DNA of 64,000 nucleotides from Mytilus californianus (lineage: Eukaryota). Below the pieces are notes generated by a model that worked only from the letters and a program-made list of their open reading frames with translations, was not told the DNA's origin and did not search any database. The position numbers were made by a program, and so were the translations under genes. Positions within the stretch are counted from its first letter, which is position 1. The number at the start of each line of letters is the position of its first letter. The stretch lies in NCBI RefSeq assembly GCF_021869535.1, contig NW_026262668.1, positions 124,001 through 188,000 on the forward strand, read 5' to 3'. Shown in pieces: positions 26,619 to 39,015 of the stretch.

Positions 26619-27410
26619 TTTTGTCTCGCCTTGACGGAGTATAAAGCAAGACATAGGTATGCTGTTTCCGGCGGTGGCGGCGTCGTCAACAATGCATTAG
26701 TTTGTGATTAGGTCTAGTTTATGGTGAACCACTAGTGGTAGGTCAATGATATTTGGTATGTAGTTGTATTAGCATTGGCACATCTCATTACCATGGAGAT
26801 TATTTGGCCCCACCCCCTCAGTCATGGTCTATTGACTTTTAAACTTTGCTTAGTTTACATGTATTAGTTTGTGATTAGGTCAGTTTATGGGGAACCACTA
26901 GTGGTAGGTCAATGATATTTGGTATGCAGTTGTATAAGCATTGGCATATCTCATTTCCATGGAGATTATTTGGCCCCATCCCCTCAGTCATGGTCTATTG
27001 ACTTTGAAACTTCTGCTTAGTTCACATGTATTAGTTTGAGATTAGGTCAGTGATATTTGGTAAGCAGTTGTATAAGTGTTGGCATATCTCATTTCCATGG
27101 AGATTATTTGGCCCGCCCACTCAGCCATGGTCTATTGACTTGAAACTTGCTTAGTTCACATGAATTAGTTTGTGTTTAGGTCAGTTTATGGGGAACCACT
27201 AGTGGTAGGTAAATGATATACAGTTGTATTAGCATTGGCACATCTCATTTCCATGGAGATTGTTTAGCCCTGTACCTTCAGTCATGGTTCATTGACTTTG
27301 AATATTTGCATAACTTACATATTAATAAAGTATTGCTATTTTAATTTCAACATTTGCATTATCAAAATAACAAATAGGCGAGACATATCTCTGTGTTAAC
27401 AGTTTATCTT
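26619..27410 (+). mobile_element. HINE with ~4 copies of a 167-bp repeat
   Basis: subTIR GTCTCGCCT (26623) / AGGCGAGAC (27376), (GGC)n. Monomers start at 26696, 26863, 27030 and 27164. Confidence 0.78.
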
Positions 27411-28151
27411 TCTGTTAACAAGCTTTAGTAACCATGTCACCTGAAGTTTCCAAAATATTTTATAGGAACAGCAAATAAAAAAAGAATGGTGCTTTGAAAC
27501 ACCCAAGATATATGTTTATGACTCAGAATTTTTTTTCTGCAATGAAATTCAGGGTTAATTTCCTACAACTGTCAAATTCAAGGGAATATTTTTTTTTACC
27601 CTTTTAAGTATAAAACTGGATGTGACGTACTGTGATTTGGTGGTATAACACCTAAATACTCAGATATTAAAGTTTCAAAATGACGTGTTTGCGTATTATC
27701 ACATTTGTCAATAAAACTATTTTATTGAAAATAACTTAAGCATGGTATGTCATGTATGTGAATCTATCAGTTCTAAAAATTAGTTCAGTTACAATTATTG
27801 ACCTAAGAAGATAATTCCAATTCAAAATATTGCCTAAATGTGTTCCTTGCTACAACGAGGCTCATACAACGCATTGTTTAATTTTATGTTCATTCTGCAA
27901 AATCAAATCAATCTTTACCTTTCAGTGCTAACAAGCACTTTGATTTGTGTTCACTTTACATTTGTAGGTCTGTACAAATGCATTGTTATGCACTCTAGAT
28001 TTTTAACTTAGGCCATAAATAAATGTTTTCCTTTTGTAGACTTGCTTTGGTCTGTATGAGTTTAAACTTTGATTCGTTATGATATTTCTGATTTGTAAAA
28101 TTGCATTAAAAAAATAGTATGAAAATGTCAATTATCAATTATTTCTTATAG

Positions 28152-28406
28152 GCTCGACAGCAAACTCATGAAAGGGACATGAAACTTTTGGAAATTAAGG
28201 TTCAAAAAGAAAAGCAAGAGGCAGCTAGAATAGAAAAAAAAATGGAGGAGGCCAAACAAAGAAGTAAAGAAGCATCACAGAATGCTAAAGATGTCATGAT
28301 GAGGGTACGGGGGGATGGTAAGGAAGCAGAGCCTAGCGCAAAGTACAACAATAACAATAAACTGGACAATAGTGATAACATCAGACCCAAACGTGCTGTT
28401 AAACAG
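28152..28406 (+). CDS. CEP350: CEP350 exon (ARQQTHERDMKLLE…AVKQ)
   Basis: ttatAG/GTaagg, phase 0-0. Confidence 0.92.
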
Positions 28407-28840
28407 GTAAGGCCAAATAATATAAATATATATATATATACATGTTCCCTGCCACCTGGCAGAAAAAAAATAGGGTAGTAAGGTAGGTAAAATTGTTTTG
28501 TCATGAAATTTTTACAAAACACTAAATTGTGATGGAGACTTTTTATTTTCTATCTTGTAAAGCAAAAACCAGTGCAAATAATACCAAATTGAAAAAAAAT
28601 GTTTGCAAAAACATTTTAAAAAATGTTACCAGCTGGGTATAATTTTTAAGCATTTTTGGTTTGTGAACAGTCTTTTTATTTTGCCTTTCAAGTTTTTTGC
28701 AAAAAAGGTTTGACTAATTGAATGGTATTTCCAAATGTCTGTCTGCCAATGTTAATCAGAATTGTTTTTAAGTCTTAGAATATATTATTCAAAGAGTAAA
28801 ATAAAGATAATAACAAAGCATTATTTTCCTTGTATTGCAG

Positions 28841-28959
28841 AATCAGTCAAGCAGTGATTACAGGGGACCAGACTCTGCCAGGTCTTATAGTGAAAAAACA
28901 TCACTGAAAACAGCACCCTCATATAGTGAGAAAACAAAAACATCTTATACATCATCAAG
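28841..28959 (+). CDS. CEP350: CEP350 exon (NQSSSDY…YTSSR)
   Basis: ttgcAG/GTgaga, phase 0-2. Confidence 0.85.
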
Positions 28960-29141
28960 GTGAGATATCATACAGTCAAAAATATATTCATTAATTATTG
29001 ATGATTTTTCAAATGAGAGGGGAGGTACAATCTCATTGAGGGGTGACAGGAACATCCTTGAGTTTGAAAACCATTGACTATTGATGATCTGTTTATTGCT
29101 GTTAACATCAATGATGTAGGCTCATGACAACATACGTTCTC

Positions 29142-29406
29142 TTTTTATGCCCCATTTATGGACATTATGTTTTTCGGTCTGTGCATCTGTTTGTTCGTCC
29201 GTCTGTCCCGCTTCAGGTTAAAGTTTTTGGTCAAGGTAGTTTTTGATGAAGTTGAATTCCAATCAACTTGAAACTTAGTACACATGCTCCCTATGATATA
29301 ATCTTTCTAATTTTAATGCCAAATTAGAGTTTTGACCCCAATTTCACGGTCCACTGAACATAGAAAATGATAGTGCCAGTGGGGCATCTGTGTACTCATT
29401 CTTGTT
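29142..29406 (+). mobile_element. short HINE
   Basis: tttttATGCCCCA…TGGGGCAT subTIR, GTCC-type microsatellite. Confidence 0.65.
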
Positions 29407-29489
29407 CTTGACTGAGAAAAACTCATATCACTCAAGTAGTGTGATATTAAAATGATCACAAAAAAAGATCAAAAAAAAATTTGAGAACA

Positions 29490-29705
29490 TACTGTGGATT
29501 CATTTATTTTCGTGGATTGAGGAATGCCTGTATTTTCGTGGATTGAGGAATGCCTGTATTTTTGTGGATATTTAATTTCATGGTTTTGCCAAAGTCTGCA
29601 TACAAACCTATAGAAATTTTTGTTGAACCTTTAAATTCGTGGTTCACCTGTACCCACGAAATCCACGAAAATTGGTATCCAACGAATAATAATGAATCCA
29701 CAGTA
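29490..29705. mobile_element. TACTGTGGATTC-family MITE with internal 27-bp duplication
   Basis: TACTGTGGATTCATT…AATGAATCCACAGTA perfect 15-bp TIR. Confidence 0.82.
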
Positions 29706-29816
29706 GCGATAATCATGGAGCTCTATTTAATTGTATTTCTCTTTTATATTTGGAAGATGATCATTGAAATTGAAAAAGGAAACTGAATCAGCATTAGCTT
29801 TTGAATATGTGGCTGT

Positions 29817-30108
29817 TTTCACAAAAAATCTTACAAGTATTTTATTTTAAATCATAAACATTTCAGTGTATTAGAGGGGCAAAAGATAACAAAGGGATAA
29901 TCAAACTCGTAATTCGATAACGAACTGACAACGCCATGGCAAAAAATGAACAACAGCACATGGAACACAACATAGAAAACTAAAGACTGAGCAACACAAA
30001 CCCCACTAAAATTAGTGGTGATCTCGTGTGCTCTGAAAAAAGTAAGCAGATCCTGCTCCACATTTGGCATTTTACATCTGATTTAAATTGTAAGATTTTT
30101 AGTGAAAA
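29817..30108. mobile_element. foldback remnant with a ~200-bp dispersed repeat inserted (29870-30070)
   Basis: TTTTCAC.AAAAATCTTACAA…TTTAAATCA inverted on both sides. Insert ends AGTAAGCAGATCCTGCTCCACAT. Confidence 0.5.
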
Positions 30109-30263
30109 GAGTTGCTGAATCTTTAGTGAATCTATCAGTTCAAGATTACAATGCTTTGACTGAAAAAATTGTATAAATATATCAATTTATCCTTGGATTT
30201 TGATATTGAAAAGTATTGTAAATTTGTTAAACATTGAAATAGTTAAACTGATGACATTTTCAG

Positions 30264-30400
30264 GAGTGTGTCTAGTAATGTAAAGACAGCCAGCGATACA
30301 CAGAAAGGTCGTGACAGTGACTCATCCATCATATCTGTCAGTGGTGCTGATGCAAAAGATGAGTCAAAATCTGAGAGTATATTAGAAGATATATCTCAAG
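30264..30400 (+). CDS. CEP350: CEP350 exon (SVSSNVKTASD…EDISQ)
   Basis: tttcAG/GTgggc, phase 2-1. Confidence 0.85.
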
Positions 30401-30811
30401 GTGGGCAATAAGAATAGCAAGGTTATAATTGTCAAAATAGTTTCTTTATTAGGTCTTTTAGCAGTTATGAGTCTAGGAACAAGTTTTTGAATGTGAAAAT
30501 ATTTTTGGAGAAATATTAAGATGAGACAGAATAGTATTGGTGTGGTAAGATATAGGAACAGACGTGCAATAATGACGGTAACTCACTCATTAGATTTGGC
30601 ATGAGTGGAATCTTAAATGATGATATAAATTTATTTAGATTATGCGGAAGAAATACTCAAAACATAAGTAAAATGCATAAAAAAAATCTTTTTAATTATT
30701 TTATGTTTAGAAATAGAAGCAAAATTAAGCTTTCTGACTCAATCTATTTAAATACACACTCTGTAATCTCCAGGACGTGAATCAGTCTTGAATACTCATT
30801 TATTTTTACAG

Positions 30812-30970
30812 CATCTGGTGATGAATACTCTATTAATTTTGATGACACAATGACAGAAGATGAAATTGAAGAGAAATCATTCAAGGCCATTTTACCGTCA
30901 GAAAGTCATCGTAAACGTGCCAAAAAACATCACCTTGATAATATGTCTGTCACATCAGATGAAGGTTCAG
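30812..30970 (+). CDS. CEP350: CEP350 exon (EYSINFDDTMTEDEIEEKSF…LPSESHRK)
   Basis: ttacAG/GTaagg, phase 1-1, conserved block. Confidence 0.93.
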
Positions 30971-31651
30971 GTAAGGAAAGTTTGCAATCAGAAAATCTTA
31001 AAATATATTCAAACCACTGGTATAAATGGACTTGGTAACTAGTAATTTGTTCAACATGTTTATAGATTATTTGCCATAAACGATTTTTATTCCCCTCATC
31101 AACAACTATTCTTTATTTTAAGAGGGTTACACATTTAGTTATACATTGTATAACTAATCTTCCCTGAGGCCCTCATCATAGAAAAAAATCAAACAAAAAA
31201 TCGTTGAAAAATATCAACTGGAATGGGAAATCAAGCTTTTTCTCAAGCTTGTTGGAAGGTCTGTCCTTTAACTATTAAGGGATGAAAATATTTTACAGTA
31301 CAGTTTATAATATAGTTTACATTTATATACTAAAATACAAAATAACATTTTTTGACTTTTGACAAGCTTGAAAATGGCATACACACATGATAATACATTT
31401 TCTTAAACTTTTGACTTTAAGCATACCTGAAAAAGTTTATTTTAGAAACAAGCTATGTGTCAACTAAAATTTAATAACATGTATTAATGTTGTCTGCTCT
31501 ATGGTCGGGTTGTTGTCTCTTTGACACATTCCCCATTTCCATTCTCAATTTTATTAATGAGTATTTTCTAAAAATACTCATTTAAGATATAGGTTTAGAT
31601 ACTTCAAGCTTTTTAATAGTAACGATATAAAAATGTTAACAATATTTGCAG

Positions 31652-31950
31652 TGCCAAGTACCCCACGAATTTCGGTAGATGACCTAGGGTCATATGTTCT
31701 GGGAGAAGATTCCTTTAATAAATTTACAGAAGAAATGGTCAAACAGTTTATGAAGGAAGAGGAAATGAGAGCTCAACACCAGACCTCTCTTCTCCAACTA
31801 AGAGAAAAAGCTCTTGTAGAGAAAACCAAAGCTGAATTAGAGTGGTTAGAACAACAAAAACAAAGAATTAGGAACAAAGGGGCTGATGATTCCTATCCAC
31901 AAATTATAAAGCGTCAGAGAGGACTCAAGATGAAACTGCAAGAGCAACAG
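31652..31950 (+). CDS. CEP350: CEP350 exon (SFNKFTEEMVKQFMKEEEMRAQHQ…QEQQ)
   Basis: ttgcAG/GTaaaa, phase 1-0, conserved block. Confidence 0.94.
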
Positions 31951-32300
31951 GTAAAATTTATTTACTAGATTTATGGAACATCTGATTCAACTAAAAAACT
32001 TTTAAATTAGAGAGATAATTAGTTTTATCTAACATGTGGAACAAAAGTTATAACATCTCATTTTTCTTCTTTTTTAATTTAAGTTTCATACATGAACTTT
32101 AGAAAGGATGTATCTTGAAACAATCTGTTATTTTCTGCATTTTGTTAAATTATCTTGATCCAGCTGTCAGTGAAAAGTATCCTTTTCACTTGAAGTCAAA
32201 AGTCAGTGGCAAAAAATTGAAATAACACTTTTGATACTGGAATTGAGAATTAAAAAAACTGTACATAATTTTAAGCACCAAACTATGTTGAATATTTCAG

Positions 32301-32408
32301 GCTGAGATCAAAAGAATGAGAGAGGCGAACAAAGCTGCTTCCCGAGAGAGACAATTATTGTTACAGCAGCGTGAAGAAATCAGCCGACTCAGGCAGTCAA
32401 CTAAACAA
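32301..32408 (+). CDS. CEP350: CEP350 exon (AEIKRMREANKAASRERQ…)
   Basis: tttcAG/GTaagg, phase 0-0. Confidence 0.92.
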
Positions 32409-33178
32409 GTAAGGGGAGAGAACTCAAGAAATTTACTGAGCATTAGAAATCATGAAACTGATTTTATTTTACCTGTAAGAAGTTGAAAGTTTTCCCCTAT
32501 AATCCTGATTTTTTAATTACCACTCTGGCTTATTATTCATCATCCTCCTTTGGAAAATAGGTTACTATTATAAAGCTCTGTATTTCTGTTTCTTTTTATC
32601 TTTTTTTTTGGCATGTAGATCTTCTTTTTCAACAGAGATATAGAAACTGGGTATTGTTATTTTGCTTTTCCCACTTCTAACAATTAAGTTCCAAATTTCA
32701 ATCCTATTACTCCAGCAACTCTGTTTTGCATATTCTTTCTTATTTACTGAGATGTATATCTACTAAAGTTTTCTGATATAACCATTGATATTAAGCAGTA
32801 ATTTCATGTTGAAGATATGAGAATTGACATTAAGCAGTGGTTTATCTTTTAAGTATAATCAAGTTTTAGCAGACTTTGAAGAGTAGCTTTTTTTCAACTT
32901 AAATAGTATAATATATTTAAATAAAAAAAATACCAGGATTGCTCAAAGGGAAGTAATCCTGATTTATAACTTCTTACTGAATAATTTTTCTCTTTCTCAA
33001 ATAAATCTCTCCGCAATATAGCCTTTTTGAGCTGATGTGGCGTAAAGCAATCACAAACCAATCGATCAATCTTAAATAAATTCTTTTTACATCATATACA
33101 AATAATATCTTGAATAATTACATGTAGTTTAAGATCATTTACAAATTCTAATATCAAGAAATGCATTTTATGTTTCAG

Positions 33179-33247
33179 ACTAAGGAAAAGTTGGGTGGTA
33201 GATTAGGTCGTCCTGCAGAAGTCCACACAGAAGATGAATTTTATGTT
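33179..33247 (+). CDS. CEP350: CEP350 exon (TKEKLGG…EFYV)
   Basis: tttcAG/GTatgt, phase 0-0. Confidence 0.8.
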
Positions 33248-33258
33248 GTATGTACCTA

Positions 33259-33393
33259 ATTGTTATTCTCTACGTGATGTCATTGTTATTCTCTACGCGA
33301 TGTCATTGTTATTCTCTACGCGATGTCATTGTTATTCTCTACGCGATGTCATTGTTATTCTCTACGTGATGTCATTGTTATTCTCTACGTGAT
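33259..33393. repeat. 23-bp minisatellite, ~5.9 copies
   Basis: ATTGTTATTCTCTACG(T/C)GATGTC repeated head to tail. Confidence 0.95.
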
Positions 33394-33851
33394 ATCTACA
33401 TTCTTTAACTTAATTTGAAATTTTGATAAAGTACAACTGTTTTTACAAATTTTGAATACATATATTGACTGTATACAAGTTCATTTTTAATGAAATAATG
33501 CAAAATTTCAACATAAATCCAGAGTAGACTTGTGGGTAAGAGCATGTTTTCATAAACAGAAAAGACATTAAAATCTTCAATAAGTGATAATTCTTATTTC
33601 TAGGGTTCAGTTTCAGCTTTTGCTTACATGATTTTAATCTGAGTTGCAATATTTTAGTTTTCAAAAAGAAAGTTCTACAAAGAATTCTATTAAAGAATTT
33701 ATTATTCCTCACACAAACATGGAAACTTACAATGTACTGGCTGTATTAAGAAAGTTTTGCTCAATTTGCAAATCAAATATTGGCAGAACATATTCAGATT
33801 TCCCTCATTGAGATCAGTAACGTAGAATTGAAAATTTTATACATTTTATAG

Positions 33852-33897
33852 AATGAAGATGAAAAAGATACAGATAACGAAACATCTCAAAAGAAAG
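33852..33897 (+). CDS. CEP350: CEP350 short exon (NEDEKDTDNETSQKK)
   Basis: ttatAG/GTaaga, phase 0-1, needed to restore the frame. Confidence 0.8.
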
Positions 33898-34223
33898 GTA
33901 AGAAAGAATTAAAAAAGGTAAGACAGAACTAGGAAAGTACAAAGTTTAGCAAGAAATGAGAGAAAGAAAATATTCAGTTTAGAAATGTTTGATGGCATGC
34001 TACTGTTTATAGTAAGAGTCTATCAGTCTTAACACCATCATTCCATTAAACAGTTAAATATCATCAATTTGTTAAAATTTTCTTCGTAAACACCTATAGC
34101 ATGGTAAGTACATGTACTGGTACTACAAAAAAGGAGGGTGCATTAGTTTATACTATATTACAATTTATGTACTCTTTGATATGTGATCAGTCAAAGTAGT
34201 AATACAATAAATTGATTTTGCAG

Positions 34224-34520
34224 ATTATAAGTCAGACTCTGAGATTTACACCGAACCAAAAGCTGCTGGTGGGGAGAAGAGTCTGGATAAACTGAAGAAA
34301 CTTCATCTGGACGAGAGATACCTGACAAAACGAGAACAACGATTACGAGAGAGAAAGAAATCAGCCAAAGAGTTGTTAGATTGGAAGAAACGATTGGATG
34401 AGGAAGAACAAGCTGTGTTTGAATTAGAGAAGAAAGCATTGAAAGTTTGGGATCATGGGGAAAAAGGAAAAAAGAAAGAAAAAGAACCTGAAAAGTCAAA
34501 AACTCCATCAAAGGTCAAAG
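34224..34520 (+). CDS. CEP350: CEP350 exon (YLTKREQRLRERKK…LLDWKKRLDEEE…)
   Basis: ttgcAG/GTaaat, phase 1-1, conserved block. Confidence 0.93.
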
Positions 34521-35038
34521 GTAAATGTTCATACTCAATTGATTCAGTTTCCAACAATTGTGCTAATTTTGATGCTAAGAATTTATGTAGTGAAATACCC
34601 AATAAAGATTTTGTACCAAAAATGAAAAATTGGGCTCTAAATAGATTTAACAGAAATTCATCATTATCTTACACTGTTTTAGCTATATGAACATACTTAC
34701 TTGTCCTGTTATGACTTTTATTCAAATTTTGACCACTTCATGTATTTGAGTGTAAGTAATTCTTCCTTCAATCAGTTCATCCCGTTAGGTATCTGAGTAT
34801 TGTCGACCTAAGGAAATGTTGAAAGACAGCAACCCAACAACACAAAATAAAAGATATCTTAAGTTATCAACTTTTTCACTGTGTGACTCATCAGATGACA
34901 ATATGAATACTTAAAATTCAGGCTGAAATGGGCATTCACAGACCTAAGATATAGTGGGTGTGTTCTTGTACAAGTTATATAGGAATAAAAAAATAATTCA
35001 AGAAATATTGTTGTGATTGTGGTTTTATTATTTTGCAG

Positions 35039-35264
35039 AAACTCATCCCCCATCAGTAACACAGGATGATACTATTATCTCAGAAGCAATAAGTTTGGCG
35101 AAGGATGAGTCTATAACTAATACTCCACGTGCAGTCAGTGCCAGTGAGAGTTCTCCAGAAGAAAGACAGAGATTAGGCAGGAGTGAAAGTGAAAGTTCTA
35201 TTATAGAGGAAGTAAAGACAGAATACAGTATGTCAGAATCAACTACTCCTGTCAAAAGTCGCAA
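35039..35264 (+). CDS. CEP350: CEP350 exon (ETHPPSVTQ…VKSRK)
   Basis: ttgcAG/GTaagt, phase 1-2. Confidence 0.87.
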
Positions 35265-35630
35265 GTAAGTTTACTGTCAATTTACATTCATGAAAAGTTT
35301 GCTGACAATCTAAATTCATGTTAGGTAACTGCTATGAAAAAGAGGCATGAACTAAATAAGCTTGATATGATTTTGATTCAATTTCTTTTCTACTGAAATT
35401 ACTATCAGAAATTGTAGAGTTGCCTCCTATTTTCAACATTTTGATCATCAGAACTACATTAAATTTTAAATGGAACAGCTGTAAAAAGTATGTTTAATGT
35501 ATTGTACCTGCTAAGATTATCATAATGTTTGCATATTAAACAAGCAAACCTGAAATATTTTTGGAAATTATTATTGCACTTAAAAATTAAAACATTTTCT
35601 TATGTAACTAATATTTTTGTAATTAAACAG

Positions 35631-35869
35631 GTCAAAGGCACCAGATTCTGCCACTATTGAAAGCCAGTATAGTGAAACTTTTGAAGATGCCACCAGTGTT
35701 CAACAAACAAAAAGTAAAAAGTCCCCACGGTCTCCGCTTGACAAGCTAAACAAGCGTGGTTTTCAGATGGGGGCTCTAACTGGAAGAAATATCTCCTCAC
35801 CTCGCTCTTTGTTCAGTAAAACCAGGAGCTGTTCAGAAAGTGAATCAGAGGAATCTATATCACACACAG
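35631..35869 (+). CDS. CEP350: CEP350 exon (SKAPDSATIESQYSETF…ESISHT)
   Basis: aaacAG/GTtagt, phase 2-1. Confidence 0.87.
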
Positions 35870-36732
35870 GTTAGTTCGTTTAATTAGATATAACTGTTGT
35901 AAAAGTAGGTCATTACTTTGGAATAAGCAGGTCATCAGTGGATGTGTGTGAAAATAATCTAAATATGGGTGAATAAGCGATATCAATTTCACTTTTTATC
36001 TGCTTTGTTGACATAAATATCAAAGAATTGTATTGTAACCACATTGCCAAAGAGGGTGATTTACTGTTTTGACTTTGTCAGGTCTTCAGTTCATCTGTAA
36101 ATGTCTTTACTTATTACTCAGCTTCTATTTCAAAAAATTATATAATACTTGGTTTGGAACTTTATACTGAGGAGCTGTAAAGTGAAATCAATTTTTATGT
36201 CTACTAGGCAGTCATTTCATGTTTGACACACGTTATGAAAATGTTATTGTACCTACTTAGCATGAATTTTTTTTGCATAAATTCATGAGCAAATTTTTTT
36301 CCCCCTGACTTTCATTATAGCTAAATTATAAATTTTCATTGTTCATTGGTAAATGTTAAGTTTTTGTGGTTTTGTCAGTTTATTAGATACTATGAGCAGT
36401 AAGTCAACTATATTTGGTGTATGTGTCACCGAGGTCCAGAGCACTGTTAGGTAAGGGGAGTTAATTCACATGTACCTGAACCAAGGGACAGGGGGTCAGC
36501 TTATTGCTAGACTTTAAGATGTTTATTTATCTTTGAAACCATCCCTTCCTTAGTTCTTTGTCTTTTTTTCATTTGTACTTGCTAACTACATAACGCAAAA
36601 GTGAAAGAAAATTATGTATTTACAGAAATAGTTAATAAAGTGAAAATAACAATTTTCCAATGAAATTGTATGAATATTATTAGATAAACATATAACATAC
36701 TTACGAAGGACACTCTTCAGTATAAAAGGACA

Positions 36733-36944
36733 TACCTAGTATTCATTATTATTCGTTGGATACCAATTTACATGTATTTCGCTGGTACAGGTGAACTACA
36801 AATTTTAAATTTAAATTAAAAGTACAAATTTTCTATAGGTTCATAGGCACAATTTTGTTAAACCATGAAATCAAATATCCACGAAAATACAATTTCTTTA
36901 AACCATGAAAACTGGTTCCTTCAAAAATAAATGAATCCACAGTA
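36733..36944. mobile_element. TACTGTGGATTC-family MITE
   Basis: ATTCATTATTATTCGTTGGATACC…ATGAATCCACAGTA. Confidence 0.72.
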
Positions 36945-37133
36945 ATTAATGTCGTATGCAAACCATGTACAAACATATGATGCTCTCCTTAATGTTTTGT
37001 TGTTATGTTTCTTCCTCCATATGTTTTTTTTCTTTTTTGTACTGGACGTTAAGCAACCAACAATCAATCTATCTTTTTTGTATTGTGTATTTAAGCTTGA
37101 ATAGTACTGCATTTCTACTTAATACTTTTATAG

Positions 37134-37309
37134 ATTTATCCTATGCTGAAACTATGTCTGATCTCAGCGATTTCGAAGGTCGTGTACGAGCCCTGAATGA
37201 CGAACTTCGTCATCGAAAACAAGTTGCTGATCGACTCAAAAGAGAGAGAAAAAGAAGGAAGAGGGAAATACTGAAAAGTAAAGAAGATGCATTAAAGAAA
37301 CAAATAGAG
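37134..37309 (+). CDS. CEP350: CEP350 exon (ETMSDLSDFEGRVRALNDELR…KKQIE)
   Basis: ttatAG/GTatta, phase 1-0, conserved block. Confidence 0.92.
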
Positions 37310-38150
37310 GTATTACACGGTCTTTAAGAAATTTAGGATAAACAATCATATTTATACTAAAAGCAAACTTAATTATTTTTTATCTTTGGGTTGCTGTCTC
37401 TGCAATGTACCCAACATCTTCTTTTATTCACAGTGATGGAAAAATGAAGACTTTAAAATATAAGCCAGCTAGCAATTTAGCTGTCAGTTTAAAAGAGCTA
37501 AGAAAGAATTCAGCAACATTATCCTGGTCATGGCACCAAAATAGTTGAAGAAGTCGCTGATACTTTGCATTGTTTTACTTTATTGTATTCTCTTTTGAAT
37601 ACCCACCTGGCATTTGGTGTAAATATATTTGATATATCTGTGCATCAGACAAGGTAGGGCCCAAGTTGGCTTAATTCCAATAAATCCACCAACTACTTTT
37701 GGATATTACAAATGTTATAAATGTTCATCCTGAAAATGCATGAAATGGTTGCCATTGGATCTCTAGCAAAAATCAATCAAACCTATGTACAAGTGCTAAA
37801 AGGGTAGAACATCATATTTTCAAATGATATATATACTGTTAGGCCTTACTCCCATTTTGATGGTGTTTTCTATCTCTTAAGAGGGACTTTTGACTACTAA
37901 AGAACAAATTAAGCACAACTCTTTCCGTTATAAAGGAATAAGCAACCCTATTTAGACACACTCCCCTATCAATAACTTTTTTAAATTATTTGTATTATTT
38001 TAAGTCCAGTTTTATTATAATTTGAAGAAAGCTTGTTTATTGATTAAAGTTAAATCTACTAAGCAAAAAATATTTGTAAAAAAAATTCAACAGCTGCAAC
38101 ATGTCACAATGTGTAAATGACTAAAACTTTCAAACATTTTGATATTTCAG

Positions 38151-38367
38151 GCTTACGACAACCAGATTAGTCAGCTGAAAACTGAGCTACAGAAAGAGAT
38201 GGAACATGAACCTGTAAATAGTGTGAAACCTCAGATCAAACAACCTAAAGTCAGTCCTACCAAGAACCTCAAAACACCCCTCAAACAGAACGATGAAGCT
38301 CGTACTTCTAGTAACTCAAGCTATGATGAATCTGCTCAGAGTTCTCCGTCAATTCTTGATGATAAAG
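38151..38367 (+). CDS. CEP350: CEP350 exon (AYDNQISQLKTEL…LDDK)
   Basis: tttcAG/GTaaat, phase 0-1. Confidence 0.9.
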
Positions 38368-38471
38368 GTAAATTTATCTTACTATTTTTTCAAGGTTTCT
38401 GTAAAAAAAAAAAAAAAAAAAAATCCAATTGCATAAATTTGTATTGTAACACAAGTTTGTGCCTCATTATA

Positions 38472-38665
38472 TGAGGACACTTCAAAAAAAAATTATTGGG
38501 TGGGGAATGTGAGGCACTCAATTAATTTAGATTGGGTGCTTGCATTTTCCTTAGAATTTTGTAAGAATTATAGGTAAAATGAAAATATTTATTTTATGGG
38601 TGGTTGGGGGTCTTAAAAAAGTGCCTATCACCCACTCGTGTGTTTTTTTCTGGAACAACCCTTAG
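38472..38665. mobile_element. degenerate MITE
   Basis: Imperfect inverted ends TGAGGACACTTCAAAAAAAAA / TTTTTTTCTGGAACAACCCTTA. Confidence 0.4.
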
Positions 38666-39015
38666 TAAATCGCACAAAACAATTTAAAATGATGTTCAGT
38701 CTGAAATTAAGTGAAAGTCATGTAGAGCTAATTAGTACAATAAACTTATCATTTTGTCAACCCTGTATAAAAAAAATTCCACTAAAATCTGAAAAGAAGT
38801 CTTTCTGTATGAAAAAGAAGTACATCAGAATAGCTATTTGATTTATAATTTAAAAGTTAACAACCATAATTCAATATATATGATAAAGTATACTATTTGA
38901 TTTTTTATGTCCCCACAAGAAAAAGAGCTTGCTCAGTATTTTTTAAAGCTATTGTTGAAGTCATAAAAAATATGAGAATTTCTTTTCTTATAAATTTTCC
39001 GTCTTATTGTTTCAG

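Noticed and set aside
33898-33917. Second GTAAGA donor at 33918
   Set aside because: Gives phase 0, incompatible with the phase-1 acceptor at 34224.
34870-34900. Minus-strand CTGATGA…GAAA
   Set aside because: No stem II or stem I pairing can be drawn, so it is not a hammerhead.
36387-36450. Possible cassette exon (AG…TTAG|GTAAGG)
   Set aside because: At 64 nt (phase 1-2) it would frameshift the downstream conserved exon.
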